In this document: positions 42,528 through 56,400 of the stretch, piece by piece | Layout: each line of letters starts with the position of its first letter | Position numbering within the stretch: the first letter of the stretch is position 1 | From: Macrostomum lignano | Lineage: Eukaryota | Assembly: GCA_002269645.1 (NCBI GenBank) | Contig: NIVC01002905.1 | Span: 1 to 64,000, forward strand | Direction of reading: 5' to 3' | Length of the DNA stretch: 64,000 nt | Translations under genes and position numbers: made by a program | Notes under the pieces: model-generated | What the model was told of the DNA's origin: nothing | What the model saw: only the letters and a program-made list of their open reading frames with translations | Database searches by the model: none

Positions 42528-43746
42528 CCCCGTGGTCCCAAATGACGCAATCGTTAACTTACCAAAAAGTGGAAAGCTGACAAACAAATCTCTGTTAGCA
42601 ACCAAAGATTGGCCCAGTTGTACTCACCAACTGTAAGCTCGATGGGGGGAAATTGCTGCTAAAACATCTTTAAACACAGCGGCAGCATCATATAACACAG
42701 GCAGGCTGCTGTAGCTGTCCCACTGCTCAGGATCGTCCATGCATCTTCGCGTCCTATCCGAGCCCCGCCTGGATTTCCTTTCGCCCTTGTCACGCCCGAA
42801 TTGGCAAATGAGCAACGCGCAGTCCCTCCGAGCACACAAAGGCCTTTGGCTCATTCGAAATCCCGTTGAGCCATCGCAGCAGGGGGGGGGGGCTGGGGGA
42901 CGGGGAGGGGAGCTTCTGCATCTTTGGAAGCTGGCCTGCTCAGATTCGTTTAAGCGAAACAACCTAAAAGATACAAGGGAAGCCTCCACACACCCACACA
43001 GACAAGCTCTTTTTTACAGTCTGCTCGGGTGCCAAACTGTGCCTGTGTAGCCTCTGGTACAGGCCAAGCAGTTCTAGAACTAGGAACTGGATTCAGAGCG
43101 CTAATTTCAAAATAAAAATAAAAATCACAAAATAAAGGTTGAATTTTCTTCGTTTTCTAAGAATCTGTCTGTAAAGGGAAATACATGTAAGTTGAAACTG
43201 AAATTCCAATTCCAATTCCAAATTCCAATCCACGTAGAACTCCTTGGATAAGCTACAAGCAAAGCAGATTTATTTCATTCCACGCCTCGTTGGGTCAAGC
43301 AAGACCTTTTTTTCGGGCGCTATAGGAAGAGAGGAGGATCTATCTCAGAGGCTAGGCGATCCATTACACACAGTTTGGGCGGCACATTCGATTAAGGAAC
43401 AGCTGCTGGCTCAGACTTGGAGGCAAGAGCTGCAGTACCATTACTTTGCAGAAAATATAATGTATAATGTAAACCCTTTAATGTGTTTAAACATGCGCTG
43501 TGCGGCTTCATCTTAATGCAATTGCTGCCGAAAAGAACCGTCAGCATGCATTGCTATGCACCTTTGGTGACAATAACACGCGCGTGGGATGCGTGTTAAT
43601 GTCATTTTGGACATTAACACGCAATGGCAATTTAAACAATAACAAAGGGTAAATTTTATTTTTTTAGGTTAGAAAAACATAAAAAACTGTTCAACAAAGA
43701 AATCGTATGTTAATCAGTTAATACCAGGCCTACACAGAAACGTCAC

Positions 43747-44341
43747 TCAAAAAGAAAATCGATCAGATTGCGCCTGCCGCCAGTGGTCACTTTCATCTTC
43801 TTTGACGGAGCAGCCTGCACACGTAGTGCGCCGTCGGTCTGGACAGGCTCTTGATAAACATCCGCACATTCCTCCATCGTAGCCTCGCTTATTGTGATTG
43901 GATTTTGGACGAGCTAGCTTAACGATCTTATTGACATTAGTTTCGGAAACTGTATGATTCAGCGCCTGATCCACAGCCAGAGATGCCCTATACAAACTGC
44001 GATCACGTCGCCTCGATAAGTAGCGCTTAACAGTTTGCTCACACTTTCGCCCAGTGATGAGCAAGATCTCCTGGATAGTCTGGCCACAGGCATCCAGGTG
44101 GCACGCTCTAGTTACTCTGCAGTTTAAGAAAAATTGGCAACTGATTTGTCTAGATTCAAATGTGTTCACAGAGACACATGAATATGGTGGGCAAAAGTAC
44201 AGGTCAAACTACCTACCATATGCAGCGGTCGGTGTACACCTTAGTAAGACCTGCTTTCTAACTGACGTTCTTCATAAACTCAAGAAGATAGCGAAAGCCT
44301 CTAGCAGCTTTTCTCAGAGAATCTATAGTGGTTCGCTGCAT
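43747..44341 (-). pseudogene. Decayed Crypton-like tyrosine recombinase C-terminus with a 100-nt spliceosomal intron (44117-44216)
   Basis: Spliced reading: FMKNVS*KAGLTKVYTDRCI[*]VTRACHLDACGQTIQEILLITGRKCEQTVKRY. This matches the Crypton/DUF3504-type MK.IS..AGLSK.YTNHC(I/L)R.T.....G.....I...TGH.....V..Y. In-frame TAG at 44258-44260; TGA (presumed from CGA) at the catalytic Arg across the splice junction. Confidence 0.65.
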
Positions 44342-44629
44342 CTCGACTGTCTAATGACCTTGGGCATGATCGAATGACGTGCAAATCAAGTCGAACTCGC
44401 CGGATGTTACTCCTGAAATCTCACCATTCGGCATAGCTCCGTAGTTAAATAGAGGAGGCAGAACTTCTGCCACTGTAGTTGGCTCTGCGTCAGCCATTTC
44501 GATTTTGTTTGTATAAATGAAAGATGCAAGCAATCAAATTTAAATTTCATTGTAGAAAGTGGGGCCTTCGCCCCCACACCCCCATTCTCACTCTCCCCCC
44601 TCCTCGACTCCTTCCGGCGCCAACTAATG

Positions 44630-44766
44630 CCATAGACGAAAGCGCATAGCAATGTTTCTACTGCACTATTTTCGAGCGTTAATGTTATTAGCGCGCGAGC
44701 GTGGTAATGACATTAACACTCAAAAATAGTGCAGAAGAATATATCATTGTCCTCTTTTGTCTATGG
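44630..44766. mobile_element. 137-bp palindromic mini-element CCATAGAC...GTCTATGG with a 30-bp-stem internal hairpin
   Basis: Arms 44661-44690 and 44705-44734 are inverted repeats (27/30 identical). The termini are an inverted 8-mer. Confidence 0.6.
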
Positions 44767-45778
44767 TTGGGATAGCGCAATCTGTATTAAGTATTGTTCC
44801 GTCTGTCTATGGTTCAATGCAACAATTTCCTGGCAGCAGTTTTATTAGCTTAAAGTCAGAAGCAACAACCGTTAATAGTCGGCAAACAAAAAGACAATAG
44901 AACCGTAGACAAAAGGTAACAATATATACAACGATATGTACAGATTTTGTTGTGTCGGATTTCTAGTCAATTCTTCTGCCTATGACACTTTGAAAGAGCA
45001 TTAAAGAATCAGTCAGTCGTCTATGGTTATTGGAAAGGACAGTGTTGACGACTGGTCTATCTGTCATAAATTATTTCTCTAGTGGATTTTGAGCTTTTAT
45101 TTGAAATACCAGTAGAAAAAGGAACTATGATTCGCAACGCAAACATTCCTGGCGGAGAAATATGGGACACTCCACGGACGAGTTGGCTTTTGTCACCCGA
45201 GAGTCGAGCAATCGCTTTGTTGGCAAGATTAACTCTGGAACTCTGGAAATTTAATTCTGGAGGTTCCGCCAGTTCTTCAATGAGAAGATGCTCTGCCAGG
45301 TGTTTGAGCGTGTGCGGATCGACTTCTGAACGATTGTCTAAGGCTTTTCTATTCGTATTTTCGAAATCAGGATGGGAAACTACGCGCCGAAGTCTCTCAT
45401 CTGTTTTCGTGCGGCCATTCAACGAAAACTGGAATCCAATTCATTCAATTCAATTCAAGCGTTTGCAACGGAGTTCTTGTCGCCACGTCATTGTCATGCT
45501 TCGATTCTTTTCTATTGCCAACAATAGAATTGTTGTCGAAAGGCTTACTCCCGAAAACCATAGACAAAGGGTACAATGAAGAAATTTGCGGACTCAATGC
45601 TATAGATAGGCTGGGTGGTTAAGGTCAGCTGATAATGTCTATGGCCAAGTTTGTTTCCAATGCGCTAATGGATAGAGATTTGAGCCATAGACTAAATTTC
45701 AGGAGAAGGTGAGATTTGTTCACTTTAATCTTGGAAGAGACGATACAGAGTTTTGTTTCCACTCTGATCTGCTTACTA

Positions 45779-47268
45779 CACCATTTTACCCTCGCTTTTG
45801 AACAAACTCCGTTTCACTTTAGACAGTCGAACTTCAGTTTAGACACTTTTAGACTGGAGCCCCGAATCTACATTCACTATCGACAAACTCCGTTTCAGTA
45901 TCGACAGCTAAGCTTTGTGCTGCTACACTTCTATCTATTTACATAGGCAAGTAAGGAAACGCACATCCAGATCTAGGCGAAACTCCCTTTCACTTTCGAC
46001 AAACGCCACTTCCCCTTAAACAGTCTATGGTCTAAGCTGCTGAAACTCCGTTCACTTTAGTCAACCAACATTCAAGATAGACAAGATACATTCACTTTAG
46101 ACATTAAATCACACGGTAGGTGTGCAAAGGATAAAAACTTTCATTGTAACGGAAGATGGCGTGCAACGAGGATTTTTTATCAATAAACAGTTAGTTTGGC
46201 TGCCTAATTTAAAAGGCATTTGAGAATTCAGGACTTCCGAAAAAATGTTTTTTTAACAGCGTCGAGATTAAAACGGCAAAGCCAGCAGAAGCGAAGCGAT
46301 AGTTCAGCGATGGGTTCTGATTTCCATTAGCCATCAATTGGCTGAGACGACAAGCACCGTGGCAGATACCTGAAGCAATGGCTGAGCCACCGTGCCACCT
46401 TCTCTGGAGTGATGCAGTCGGCGGTGCCGTCCACCTCACGGAGTAGAATGTCTCGGCGGTACGCCGCCAGGCTGCGACCAGCAAGCTGCTGCTCGGTCGG
46501 CCTGATGAAGGAATCTTGGATCGTTCTCTTGATGCCAAGTTGAGAGGCCAGTAGGATAAAATCTTCGCCCTTCTGGTAAGCGGAGAGAAGTCGCTGCCTG
46601 TCATGGTTGCTCACTGGCTGTCGCTGTTGCGCTGGAGCCTGCTCTTCAAAGTCGCTTTCACTTTCGTCTTCGTAACCAGGCTTCTCTTCTAGGTACGAAT
46701 CTTCACTGTCCTCCATCTTTTTCAGGGCTTGCTTTAGCGAATATCTTTAGCGAATAGGCTTCAGTGTTTGGAGCGAAGGGAGAGTAGGCTGAGACTTTGG
46801 TTCGGAAGTTCGGAAGGTCTGGCCGGCGACCCTGCCACCCCACACTGTTCAAAGGGGCGAAAAGGGTGTCTTAAAAGGTATCTATGGTCAAAACCCCTCT
46901 TTCAGCCAACAGTAGGTGTAAACAAATGACGCATCTAATAATCTGTCTAAAGTGAATGTATCTTGTCTATCTTGAATGTTGGTTGACTAAAGTGAACGGA
47001 GTTTCAGCAGCTTAGACCATAGACTGTTTAAGGGGAAGTGGCGTTTGTCGAAAGTGAAAGGGAGTTTCGCCTAGATCTGGATGTGCGTTTCCTTACTTGC
47101 CTATGTAAATAGATAGAAGTGTAGCAGCACAAAGCTTAGCTGTCGATACTGAAACGGAGTTTGTCGATAGTGAATGTAGATTCGGGGCTCCAGTCTAAAA
47201 GTGTCTAAACTGAAGTTCGACTGTCTAAAGTGAAACGGAGTTTGTTCAAAAGCGAGGGTAAAATGGTG
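45779..47268. mobile_element. Non-autonomous IS630-Tc1-mariner element, 1490 bp, 325-bp TIRs, TA target duplication
   Basis: 45779-46103 is the reverse complement of 46944-47268. TA flanks at 45777-45778 and 47269-47270; ends CACC...GGTG. A transposase remnant lies inside. Confidence 0.9.
46327..46716 (-). pseudogene. Internally deleted transposase (N-terminal HTH joined to C-terminal tail, DDE core missing)
   Basis: DRQRLLSAYQKGEDFILLASQLGIKR (HTH) is followed within ~35 aa by ITPEKVARWLSHCFRYLPRCL, a typical IS630/Tc1-family C-terminus. Confidence 0.75.
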
Positions 47269-48201
47269 TACGTCTAGAGAATGCTAAATGGTAAAGACGT
47301 GTTGCTGAGGATGGGGAAGTCTCAATGCGGGAGACCAATCTTTACTGAGTGTTGCACGGACACTAAGGAACATCGGGCTACGAAGGCTACGCAAATAATT
47401 TTGGTAACATTCGATGAAGCGTTTCAAAACTACACGTTCAATGAATCTAGTATTGGTAAACAGTAGTTACGAGCGATTCTATCTTCAAAAATTAAAAAAA
47501 ATTTTCCTGTCTCCACTAAAAGCTACTTGTCTGTTAAGACAAAATTCCATGAGAAAACCCACAGGGACATAGGGGCGTAGCGAGTACGTCGTAATTACAA
47601 GATCGCCCCTGCAAACCTATTTCCCACGATGGGCCGTAGCATGGTCAAACCCATATAGTTAAGGATACTAATACTGAGAGTTGTGAGATAAAATTAGAAA
47701 TGAAAATTGCAGTATGAGAGAGAATTTACGAAGCCAAGAATGGTGGATAGGATGACATGCACAATAGGACACAGGGGATCAAGCAGTTGGGGGGGGGGCT
47801 TATGCTTGCGACTTCGGGATGACCGAATGGGCTGCAACTACTAGGAAATCGCGGCGAGGATTATCGTCCCAAAAGGATTTGGATCCAATTTTCCTTTTCT
47901 TGGTCTAGATTTCCATGGCATATTTTCTAACTTTCCTATCAGAGTCCTACGAGAAGATATTGCTTATTTAAAGCCAATTTTCCGGTCGAATACTTCCCTG
48001 ACTTCTTCAGTTAGCAGCCTCAACCGTTTGAACTATTCTACAGGCTAGAGCGGTTTGGTTTATTTAATTTTGAGGACAAATTCAAATAGAATTACAAACT
48101 TTGCACTGTAAAATTTGTCTAATAACATCCCATTTTTCCCCATTCGGACCATACTACCTACCATTTTAAGTAATGTAATCACGTACGTTGAGAGGGGAGA
48201 G

Positions 48202-48270
48202 AGCAGATCAGCGGTTAACGCGTGTCTAACAATTTCCCGCCACGATCCTTGGTTCGATTCCGTGTGCGAC
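48202..48270 (+). other. Possible tRNA-derived SINE head remnant
   Basis: Exact Pol III B-box GGTTCGATTCC at 48251-48261 with an A-box-like CAGCGGTTAA upstream. No complete cloverleaf. Confidence 0.35.
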
Positions 48271-50416
48271 CACATTCATTTGATATTATATTTGTTTTAA
48301 ATTTGATTTTAAGAAAACACTTTGAAATCAATGCAGGGATTTAAGTAGCTGACATTTTAGACAATTTTTTTTCCATTTAGCGTCAATTAGCTCTGAGACA
48401 CTTGAGTTCGGTTTTTTAGACTTATTGCAACATTTAGTGGTTTTTCTGCTTCACTGAAATCACAGATTATTATTCATCATTTATTCACAATCTCTGAATG
48501 AGGAAAATCGTTCAAATCGTTCATAAATGATAAATATAAGTAGCGTACGATACTACTTGTCGTGCCTTTGAATAGATGAAAGCCACACAAAAAATCATTT
48601 TAACGGCTTAAGAACAAAGAAAAGCATTGATGCGAGTGCCGAGTGCAGTGCACTATTGTTCCGTGTATTTTGTTCGAATTAAAAAATTTCTTAACGATAA
48701 GTGACTCGACCAAAAAAGCAGTTTTGTGTTGTTAACAAAAAAAACTTAAACAATCAATTTTGTGTCGATTAATTGTGTGCTTGCTACTTGTGTTTCACTT
48801 CTAGCTAAATTGTACACGTAATATTTGGGGTTGAAAGACAACAAAAACAAACAAAAGCAAAGAAGCAAAAACGTTTCAGGTCGTTGCTTTGAGGTGCATG
48901 TAATTTACATCAATACAAAAACTTCTACATAACAAACATGGACTACGAAGGACGCGGCACGAATAAAATGCGCAAGTTTTTTTGGAGGCTGGTTATTCAA
49001 GTTTATGTAGTCTGCCCCCAAAAACTCGTTGAAGTGTATTTTTCCCAGGATGCACATAATTAATTAGTTTCTATATTAGTATTATGTCTGAACCAAGAAA
49101 GAAGATATATTAGCAATAAATCCTAGCATTAGATTTGATAGGTAGCACATCGTTGAGAAGGAGACCTAATAAAGAATGTCTCAGCAGTAATAAGGATAAG
49201 TGTTAATAAGAGAAGTGATAAGATAAGGATACTATAAAAAACTATACAAAATAGGAAATTCAGCCTCCAAAAATCGTACGTGATCGCGTCCTGTATAAAC
49301 GACACTTAAGTAGTCAGTTTAAACAAACATTATTTGCTGTGAACCAAAAAGGGGCAGCTAAAGCAAAATACAAATCAACAGACGAAGAAATACAATCGAG
49401 TACGAAAAATTATATAAAACCTGTAGTTTTATAACTATACGACGTACCTAGCTAGTCTTTAGAAAGTATTAAAATGTAAAAAAAATTGTTTATGTTGCAA
49501 AACTTTCCGGACTATGTTTGCTGTGTACGACAGGAATGTCAAAGAAGCTGAAGTCTGCTTTATTCAATTGTAAAACAGCTAAACGAACGATACTCGACAT
49601 GCTGCGAAAAAAACTTTAAACAAATTTAAGCATGAAATGCATGAGTTTTATAAAGCGATTAGAAAACATTTGCTACTGAAAACTTACTGAGTGAATATCA
49701 TAGGGAAAATGACGAGAAGTCAAGCGAATGCAGTGTAGCCCAGGCACACAGCAATTTGCCATTTTTAAAGCTGCTGATTTTTCTTAGTTACTCAAACGAA
49801 ACAATGCATCGACCAAAAATCATTCAGGCTATCAGAGAGCCAACGGCACTTCATTCTGGCATGTCGTCAAAAGGGAAAAATCTTTGTGAAAGGGAAAGTA
49901 TTTTGTACATTCAGCAGAACAGCTGTTCAAGAAGTTTTTTGCGAAAACTTCATCTCATTTAGACATACCCGTACGTGGGTCACAGCAAACACAGTACAGA
50001 AAATTTTGCAGCCACGTACATTCATAACAAAGCAGGGTATAGAATATCTATTAACGAAAATTTACTTTTAATACTAGCTCGTAGCTATACTTTTTTTAAA
50101 TAAATTTTCAACGCGACTTTTACGACAAAATAAAGCATAAAACAGGACCACCAGGGCATCACAAGCCACTGCAGGCTTACAACATAAAGCAACACACTCT
50201 GTTTGTTGGTTTTAAGTTGTTTTTTTAAACAGTTACAACGGTTTTAAATTGCTCGAATAACAAAAGTAAAAGTGCTCTCAATATTAAATTAGGACTGCTT
50301 AATTTGAGTCTTTTGTGATTTCAAAGTATGCATAATGTTTGCGTCGTTTAATTTATTTATTAAAAGGTTTTCTAACTCTTTTTGCGATCGTGAAAAATTC
50401 AGTGATCTCCTTGGCC

Positions 50417-53400
50417 TCACTTCATAGAAGATCGACCAGCAGTCGACGGAGTGTAGTCCGGGCAGATTGAGGCCCTGGGCTCCAACAATAGCGAGGCGGC
50501 GTAGGCGTCGTCGTCGTCAAGGCAACGTCTCGTGTCTAGGAGATAGTTGCAAGCCTTTAAAATTAGATGTGTGTAAGACTCTTTTAGTTTGTTTACATGC
50601 CTTTATGATGTAACTGGAATACTACTGCACTAATTTACTAATAATCCGATATACTAAAAATGGTTTGTCTGTGAATGACGAACATTATATCTATGTATAA
50701 CGAACTAAAGTACTGTTGTGCCGGCGTGCACTTGCACTGTTGAGCGATCTATTCAGCCCTCAGTGCACCCGTCATTGCACCTCTCCTCACATGCCCGCCA
50801 CCCCCCGCTTTGGCTGAAGGTTAAGAAGTCTACGCGCGCATTTCCTTTCTGTGTCATTGGCTGAGCTTGCCGCCTAGCGTCCCCCATTACTCAGTTGTGA
50901 TTTGTGAATTGTGTACGCGCTCATGTCGGCCAATCGGTGGCCGAAAAATGGCGTGCGAAATACAAATATGTGTTGGAGTAGAGCGAAGGAGGGCGCGCCT
51001 GTTGAATCTACCTTGATAAATCAACTCTTAAGTACACAATACTAACTCTAGCAAACTCTAGGCCTCTCTGCCTTGCTCCTCTGAAAATTAAACTGCCAGT
51101 CTGCGTAGAAATTACATGTACAGTGAGTTTGCCTCCCCTTAAATTTCTTGGGGACACTGCCTTCGGGAACTTTCGAGCTGTGGGGTCTAGGGACGGACGG
51201 GCTCAGTGTTCGAAGCGATCTCACGCTCAGCGACTGCAGTCAGTCCGGTCAGATGATTGCTATAGACTTTAATGCAGTATTTTACTAATACTATTAATCC
51301 ACTGAAGTGTCACTTCTTTAGTCCCTCTCATGATAAATTAGAAGTAATTCAAGGTACATGTATCAACGAACTTAACAGATCACTAATGCGGTTAAGGTAA
51401 TGGTGTGCCTACTGACTCACCGTGGCATTATAATCAATTCGATAGGGTGTCTGCTGGTATTGCTGAATCTCTCGGATCACGTGGGCTATCTGTAACAGGT
51501 TTCAGTGGAGCGAATTTCAATACAGTCAAATATAGACGTCACATTTGGTATGATTTCAAGATGCAGAATGATAAGTTTTTCAAAATTAGCTACCATTCGC
51601 ATTTTGCAAAAGTTGACAAGACCCTCCTCCGTAATGTTGGACGTGCCCTCCTCGATGAAGGACAGATCGGTCAGATACATTCCCAAATATGGGATGCACG
51701 GTGGATCGCATCTGTGATTCAATTAGATAAAAACAATACAAACAATTGGGTATTTTTTGAGCATTTAGGTGTGAGGCTTGATGTGAGGTTACTATCAATT
51801 TTAAGACTTACGTGTGCAGTGCAGCTCTCATGTTTCGGAACCGACCGTCAGAAGACACCAGCTGTTGCAGCCGGTCCACCATCAGTCTGGTTGTCTTGCT
51901 CAAACGATCCCACGTCCGTTTGAGTCGAAAAACCGCCGAATTAACGAAAGCGGCGCAGATCTGCAGCACGCCGTTGTAGTTTCGCAGGCACCGACAAATA
52001 TCGGCGATGGCGGCCCACTTCTCGATACACGCAATCCGATCCGTGACGTCCGTCCGACTCACGATCTCCGTGATTACTAGAGAGCTCATTTCGTTGAAAC
52101 GGCGGCTGATTCGTAGCACAGTTGAGTTCGTTTTGTCCTTGGCGCTTTTGCGCATCGATATCTGCATGATGATGTCACTGGAAGAACATTGGAGGTTATG
52201 CTTCATTTATTTCTGGCTGTAACGTTCCATGTTTTAGTTTCCATGACAAAAAACGGTATTTTCAGAGAAATTTTCATCTTGATCGCTCGCTTATCAAGCG
52301 AAAGTTGGGGGGGGGGGGGGGGTTGGTGCCAACCGAAGCAGAGGTTTAATAATTTATTACACATGCCCTATGCGCAGATGTGCAACCGACAGCTCAGCCG
52401 CACATACTGCGCGGCGCATCAAAAGGACGATCCAGAAAAAAACCTTGAGCAGATTAAGTTGATGTTGATATTTCGTCACTTACGTTGATTTCATAGCTCG
52501 GAACAACTGATGATCAACGTAGGTCATCTGCTCCGCTATGTCCAGAGCCGAGAGGCGATCGAAACAGCTGCCAGTTTTGCTGCTGCCGACGGCGCCACCA
52601 CCGCCAGTCGCGCCGAGAGCGTCACTTGAGGCGCCACTGGGCGTCAAAATACTATCGATGTTCACTGGATTGTCGATCAGATTTCCGTCGCGTAGCAGAA
52701 GCAGCATTTGCACAGCAGCTTTGTGATCTGGTGGGAACAGACTCTGGTTGCAGATCTGCGGATAGAGACAATCAGAGTGCAGTCTCGAGCATTGTGTTAT
52801 TGAATCAGGCTTTTGTCTATAAAGCTTTGTAGTATACATTTTCAGTATACAGTTTTCAGAATGCAGTATACATTCTTAAGTTGCCCTTGCAGTATACATT
52901 TCCAAAGTCTAATCCTGAAAAATTAACTGACTGAATTAATCTCTACAACCGCGTTTTGATCCAGCTATTGGTATATGCTTTAGAAAATACGATTCATTGA
53001 GTCTTAAACTCCTTTAATAGCTATATGAATCGCCAGTCCCAACGGTTCACCATCGGTGGGACACATTGCTGAACTCTTGGCTTTACAAAGTCGCAGACAT
53101 GCTTGATGAGGTTGATGTCTCGAGACTTTACAGATCCCCCACCAGCAGTGTATCTGTTGCCCAAAAAAGTGATAACACCTGCCTTAATAGGTAGATGTGC
53201 AACCGACAGCTCAACCACAGATATTGCGCAGTGCATCTGAAGTCTGCGTACAGCTGTTGAGTCCAATGTCTGGGGGAGGGTCACCACACGCACCTTCAAT
53301 TACCCCAGCTAATGCTGGTATCCATTTAAACTGAAGCAATGCAGTTAAGTGTCTTGCTGAAGGACACAAATAGTTCCGAGTGGGTTGTTAATCAAAACTA

Positions 53401-56400
53401 ACCAGGTCTTCCAGCAGTTGAATCATCTGCTGTCGCAGCTCAATGTCAGCCTCTACGTCTTCGCCGAATTTGTACACCCAGTGTCGCAGGACATTCAGCA
53501 CGCGCATCGTGGCGGCCGTACAGATAATGCTTAACCGCTTCATCAACATGCTGTTGCTGTTGAAGGCAGCTGCAGCCATGGCGGCATCGCTGGGCCGCTG
53601 CTGCGGTTGCGAAGATGCTGTCCCAGTGCTGCGTCGAGCCGTTGTCACTGTGGTGGTCGATGTCACCACCGTTGAAGTGCTAGCAGCCCCGGCGGTGGCC
53701 ACGGCAAAAGCCAGAGCGGCAGCCGTGTTACTGGACCGTCGGCCAACGGCGCGAGACGAAGTGACGACAGCTCCGGCTTTGCATGGCGGCGGCCCGACAG
53801 CCGCTGCAGATGCGGGAGCAGGAAGATCGCAGCCGGAAGACTCGGCGTACGATGGCCGCTTCGAGCTATCTGAGGAGTTTTGGATTTGGTATTTGCAATT
53901 TTGAGAGTCACTTCAGTATTTCTAACATATTCAAAGCAACAACGACAATATGCTATAAGACACCGCATCCTTTTGAAACTCACTAGACGAAGCCATGGAG
54001 CCTCGAGGAGAGAGAAAACCGGAACTGACTCCGCCCGGGCTCAGAAAGGTAACATTCTTAGCGGTGGTCTCGGCGGCAGCTGTCAGCAGCGGAGCAACAG
54101 TTGGAGAGCTGGCGCTGTGAGCAATCGGCGATACAGCTGTAGAGACAGTTGGCGAAGTGGCTCTTCTCGGAGAAGTTGAACCGCTGGAGTCAACGGCTAA
54201 AGCACTACGGGAAGTACTCGTAGCCACCGATGTAGCCACAGCGGCAGCTGACGTAGCAGCAGCTACAGCAGCTGGTAGATGCGACGGTCGATTCGGGCGT
54301 CGATTGTATTGACGCTGAGCCGGTAGCTGCTGCTGCTGCTGTTGCTGTTGCTGCTGCTGCTGCTGCGGTGGCGCAGGATCTCGATTCGGCTGAATCTCCT
54401 TCTCATCTTCCGAGCAGCTGCTGTTCAATTGTCCACCGCGAGATTGCTGCCGTTGCTGTGTAAGCAGAATTTGCCGACGATGCTCTGCAACGTCTGAAAG
54501 CTCGTGCAGGACATCCGTGAGCTGGCTAGAAGCGGCAGAAGGAAGTAGCTGTGGAGATTTCGGCGCCCCTGTATTTGGTTTCTCCGTTGGGCCCTTTGAT
54601 GTCGGACTGAGGGCCGCAGCAACGGTCGCATCGAGGCTGCCAGTGCGATGGCTGCTGCTGCTGCCATCTGTGCCGCTGGCCGCCTCCATGCGCATCATTC
54701 CTGTACTGATTCGTCGAGTTTTGTCCGACAGAGGATTCACGTGAAGATAGTTGGCGCCGCCAGTCCCACCGCTGCCACCAGAAGCTCCTCTGGTTGCGGC
54801 TAAAGCGGCCGCGACACCGCCATAGACGGACAGAAAGTTTCCGCTGGTCTCGGCTTCGCCAGACCTTTGTGCAGTTGATGGGGACAATCGTAATGTCATT
54901 CATTTATGAACGCATTCTTAGTGCTATAAAGAATTCGATAAACCGGTTTTGTAATAGGTCGCCATTTTGTCACTATTTACCCAGCCGCAGAGAAGCTCGG
55001 CCTTGGATCCAGATTTCCGCATTCAGGATTGGATAACACCTGTCGCAGGGCATTAATTACCGTCTCTGACTTTGTAAAGATCCGGTAGGTCAGCAGAAAG
55101 GTGTTTAGAAAATCAATGCTCAAAAAGCGAAGGTCTGTCAGTCGGTCTAGCAGTCTGTCGACTGAGGCGTGACGGATCTACAGTTTTATTTTGAGCAGTG
55201 CTTAAATTAGAGTTAATCTTTCCGAAATTCAACATATCGATATTTATTTACTCATTATTTAATCATCATACCTGCGGCACCTTGCAAGAGTTCAAAGTCC
55301 TACTGAATTTTATGTCGATATCGTCTCGGTACAGCTTTGGATCGGATCTTTAAAGTCGTGATGTTTTTCATGCTTACTGATTGAGAAAGTAGTCACTTCA
55401 GTAGTACGTGAGAAGCTCTAAGGACTTACCGTATCGTGTGCGGCATGCTAACCGAGCTGATTTCGGCCAGCGAACTATTCAGCAAGTCGCTGTAGTGAAT
55501 CTGTTCGATGCACTGGTTGAAAAATCAAAACACATTTTAAGCGTTTAGAACATTCGATTTTAAAAACTGTCTTGCTCAAGTACACTGTAATTACTGATTG
55601 ACGCATCATTAGTTGTTTAAAGTTTAGCGAAGCCTTACCTGGTTGATGTCGGAACACCAAGCCGCTTTCTCCTGAACCGAAATTGCCACCAGAGTGATGA
55701 TGACAGGTGGACCAGATTTCACGTCCATGATGAGGCGGAAGTCGAGTCCGCCATAGTCTGGCTGTTGCTGTTGCTGTTGTTGCTGCTGTTGGTGTTGTTG
55801 CTGCTGCTGCTGCTGAAGCTGATGACTTTTTGGTGGTGTTCCTACCGTCAGCATGCCACTATTCTGCTGCGACTGTTGCTGTTGTTGCTGCGATTGAGGC
55901 TGACTATCATAGCCGGTATTGTAGTCATCTTCACAGTAGAAAAAATCTGAGCTGGTATCTTCAGACAGAGTGCAATCGGCCAGAGGAATCTTGCCGTTGT
56001 TCTGCAATGCGGAAAATTATTTTTTATGTGAAGCTATATGCGAGCATTCTACGTGCAGAATTTATAATTTCTATGGCGAAACCTCCCCAAAATTATACAG
56101 GCTAGCGCACGAGTGCAAGATGTTCTTCACGCGCGAGTGAACGTGAAGGAATCCCATTGTTTGATGAGTCATCGTGCAGCAATGCACAAAACTATTCAGC
56201 AATGCATTTCTGCGCCTAATGCTTTCTCAGTGAGATTTTACCATAGACATCCATTCCTGCACGAATTTGCGTGCAAGAAAGTCATTGACATATGGCCAAG
56301 CATTCTTAAATGGATATACTGCATGGCTTGGGATTTACTGCACAGTCGCGTTATCTATCTATGTCTATGGCTAAAACCAGAAGAATGCTTTGCTCATAAA

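Noticed and set aside
40781-42580. GAPAP/STRGA/LAPLV/WCWRP and MIPNS ORFs
   Set aside because: Stop-free frames of 15-bp minisatellites.
45057-45579. ORFs 45057-45422 (-) and 45082-45579 (+) as part of the Crypton
   Set aside because: No recombinase or other motifs recognised; no support for linking them to the YR remnant.
48202-48270. Functional tRNA gene
   Set aside because: A B-box is present but there is no acceptor stem or cloverleaf; at most a SINE remnant.
53931-55036. Frameshift in RasGRF suggested by overlapping ORFs
   Set aside because: A phase-2 GT-AG intron (~54866-54987) joins the frames correctly.
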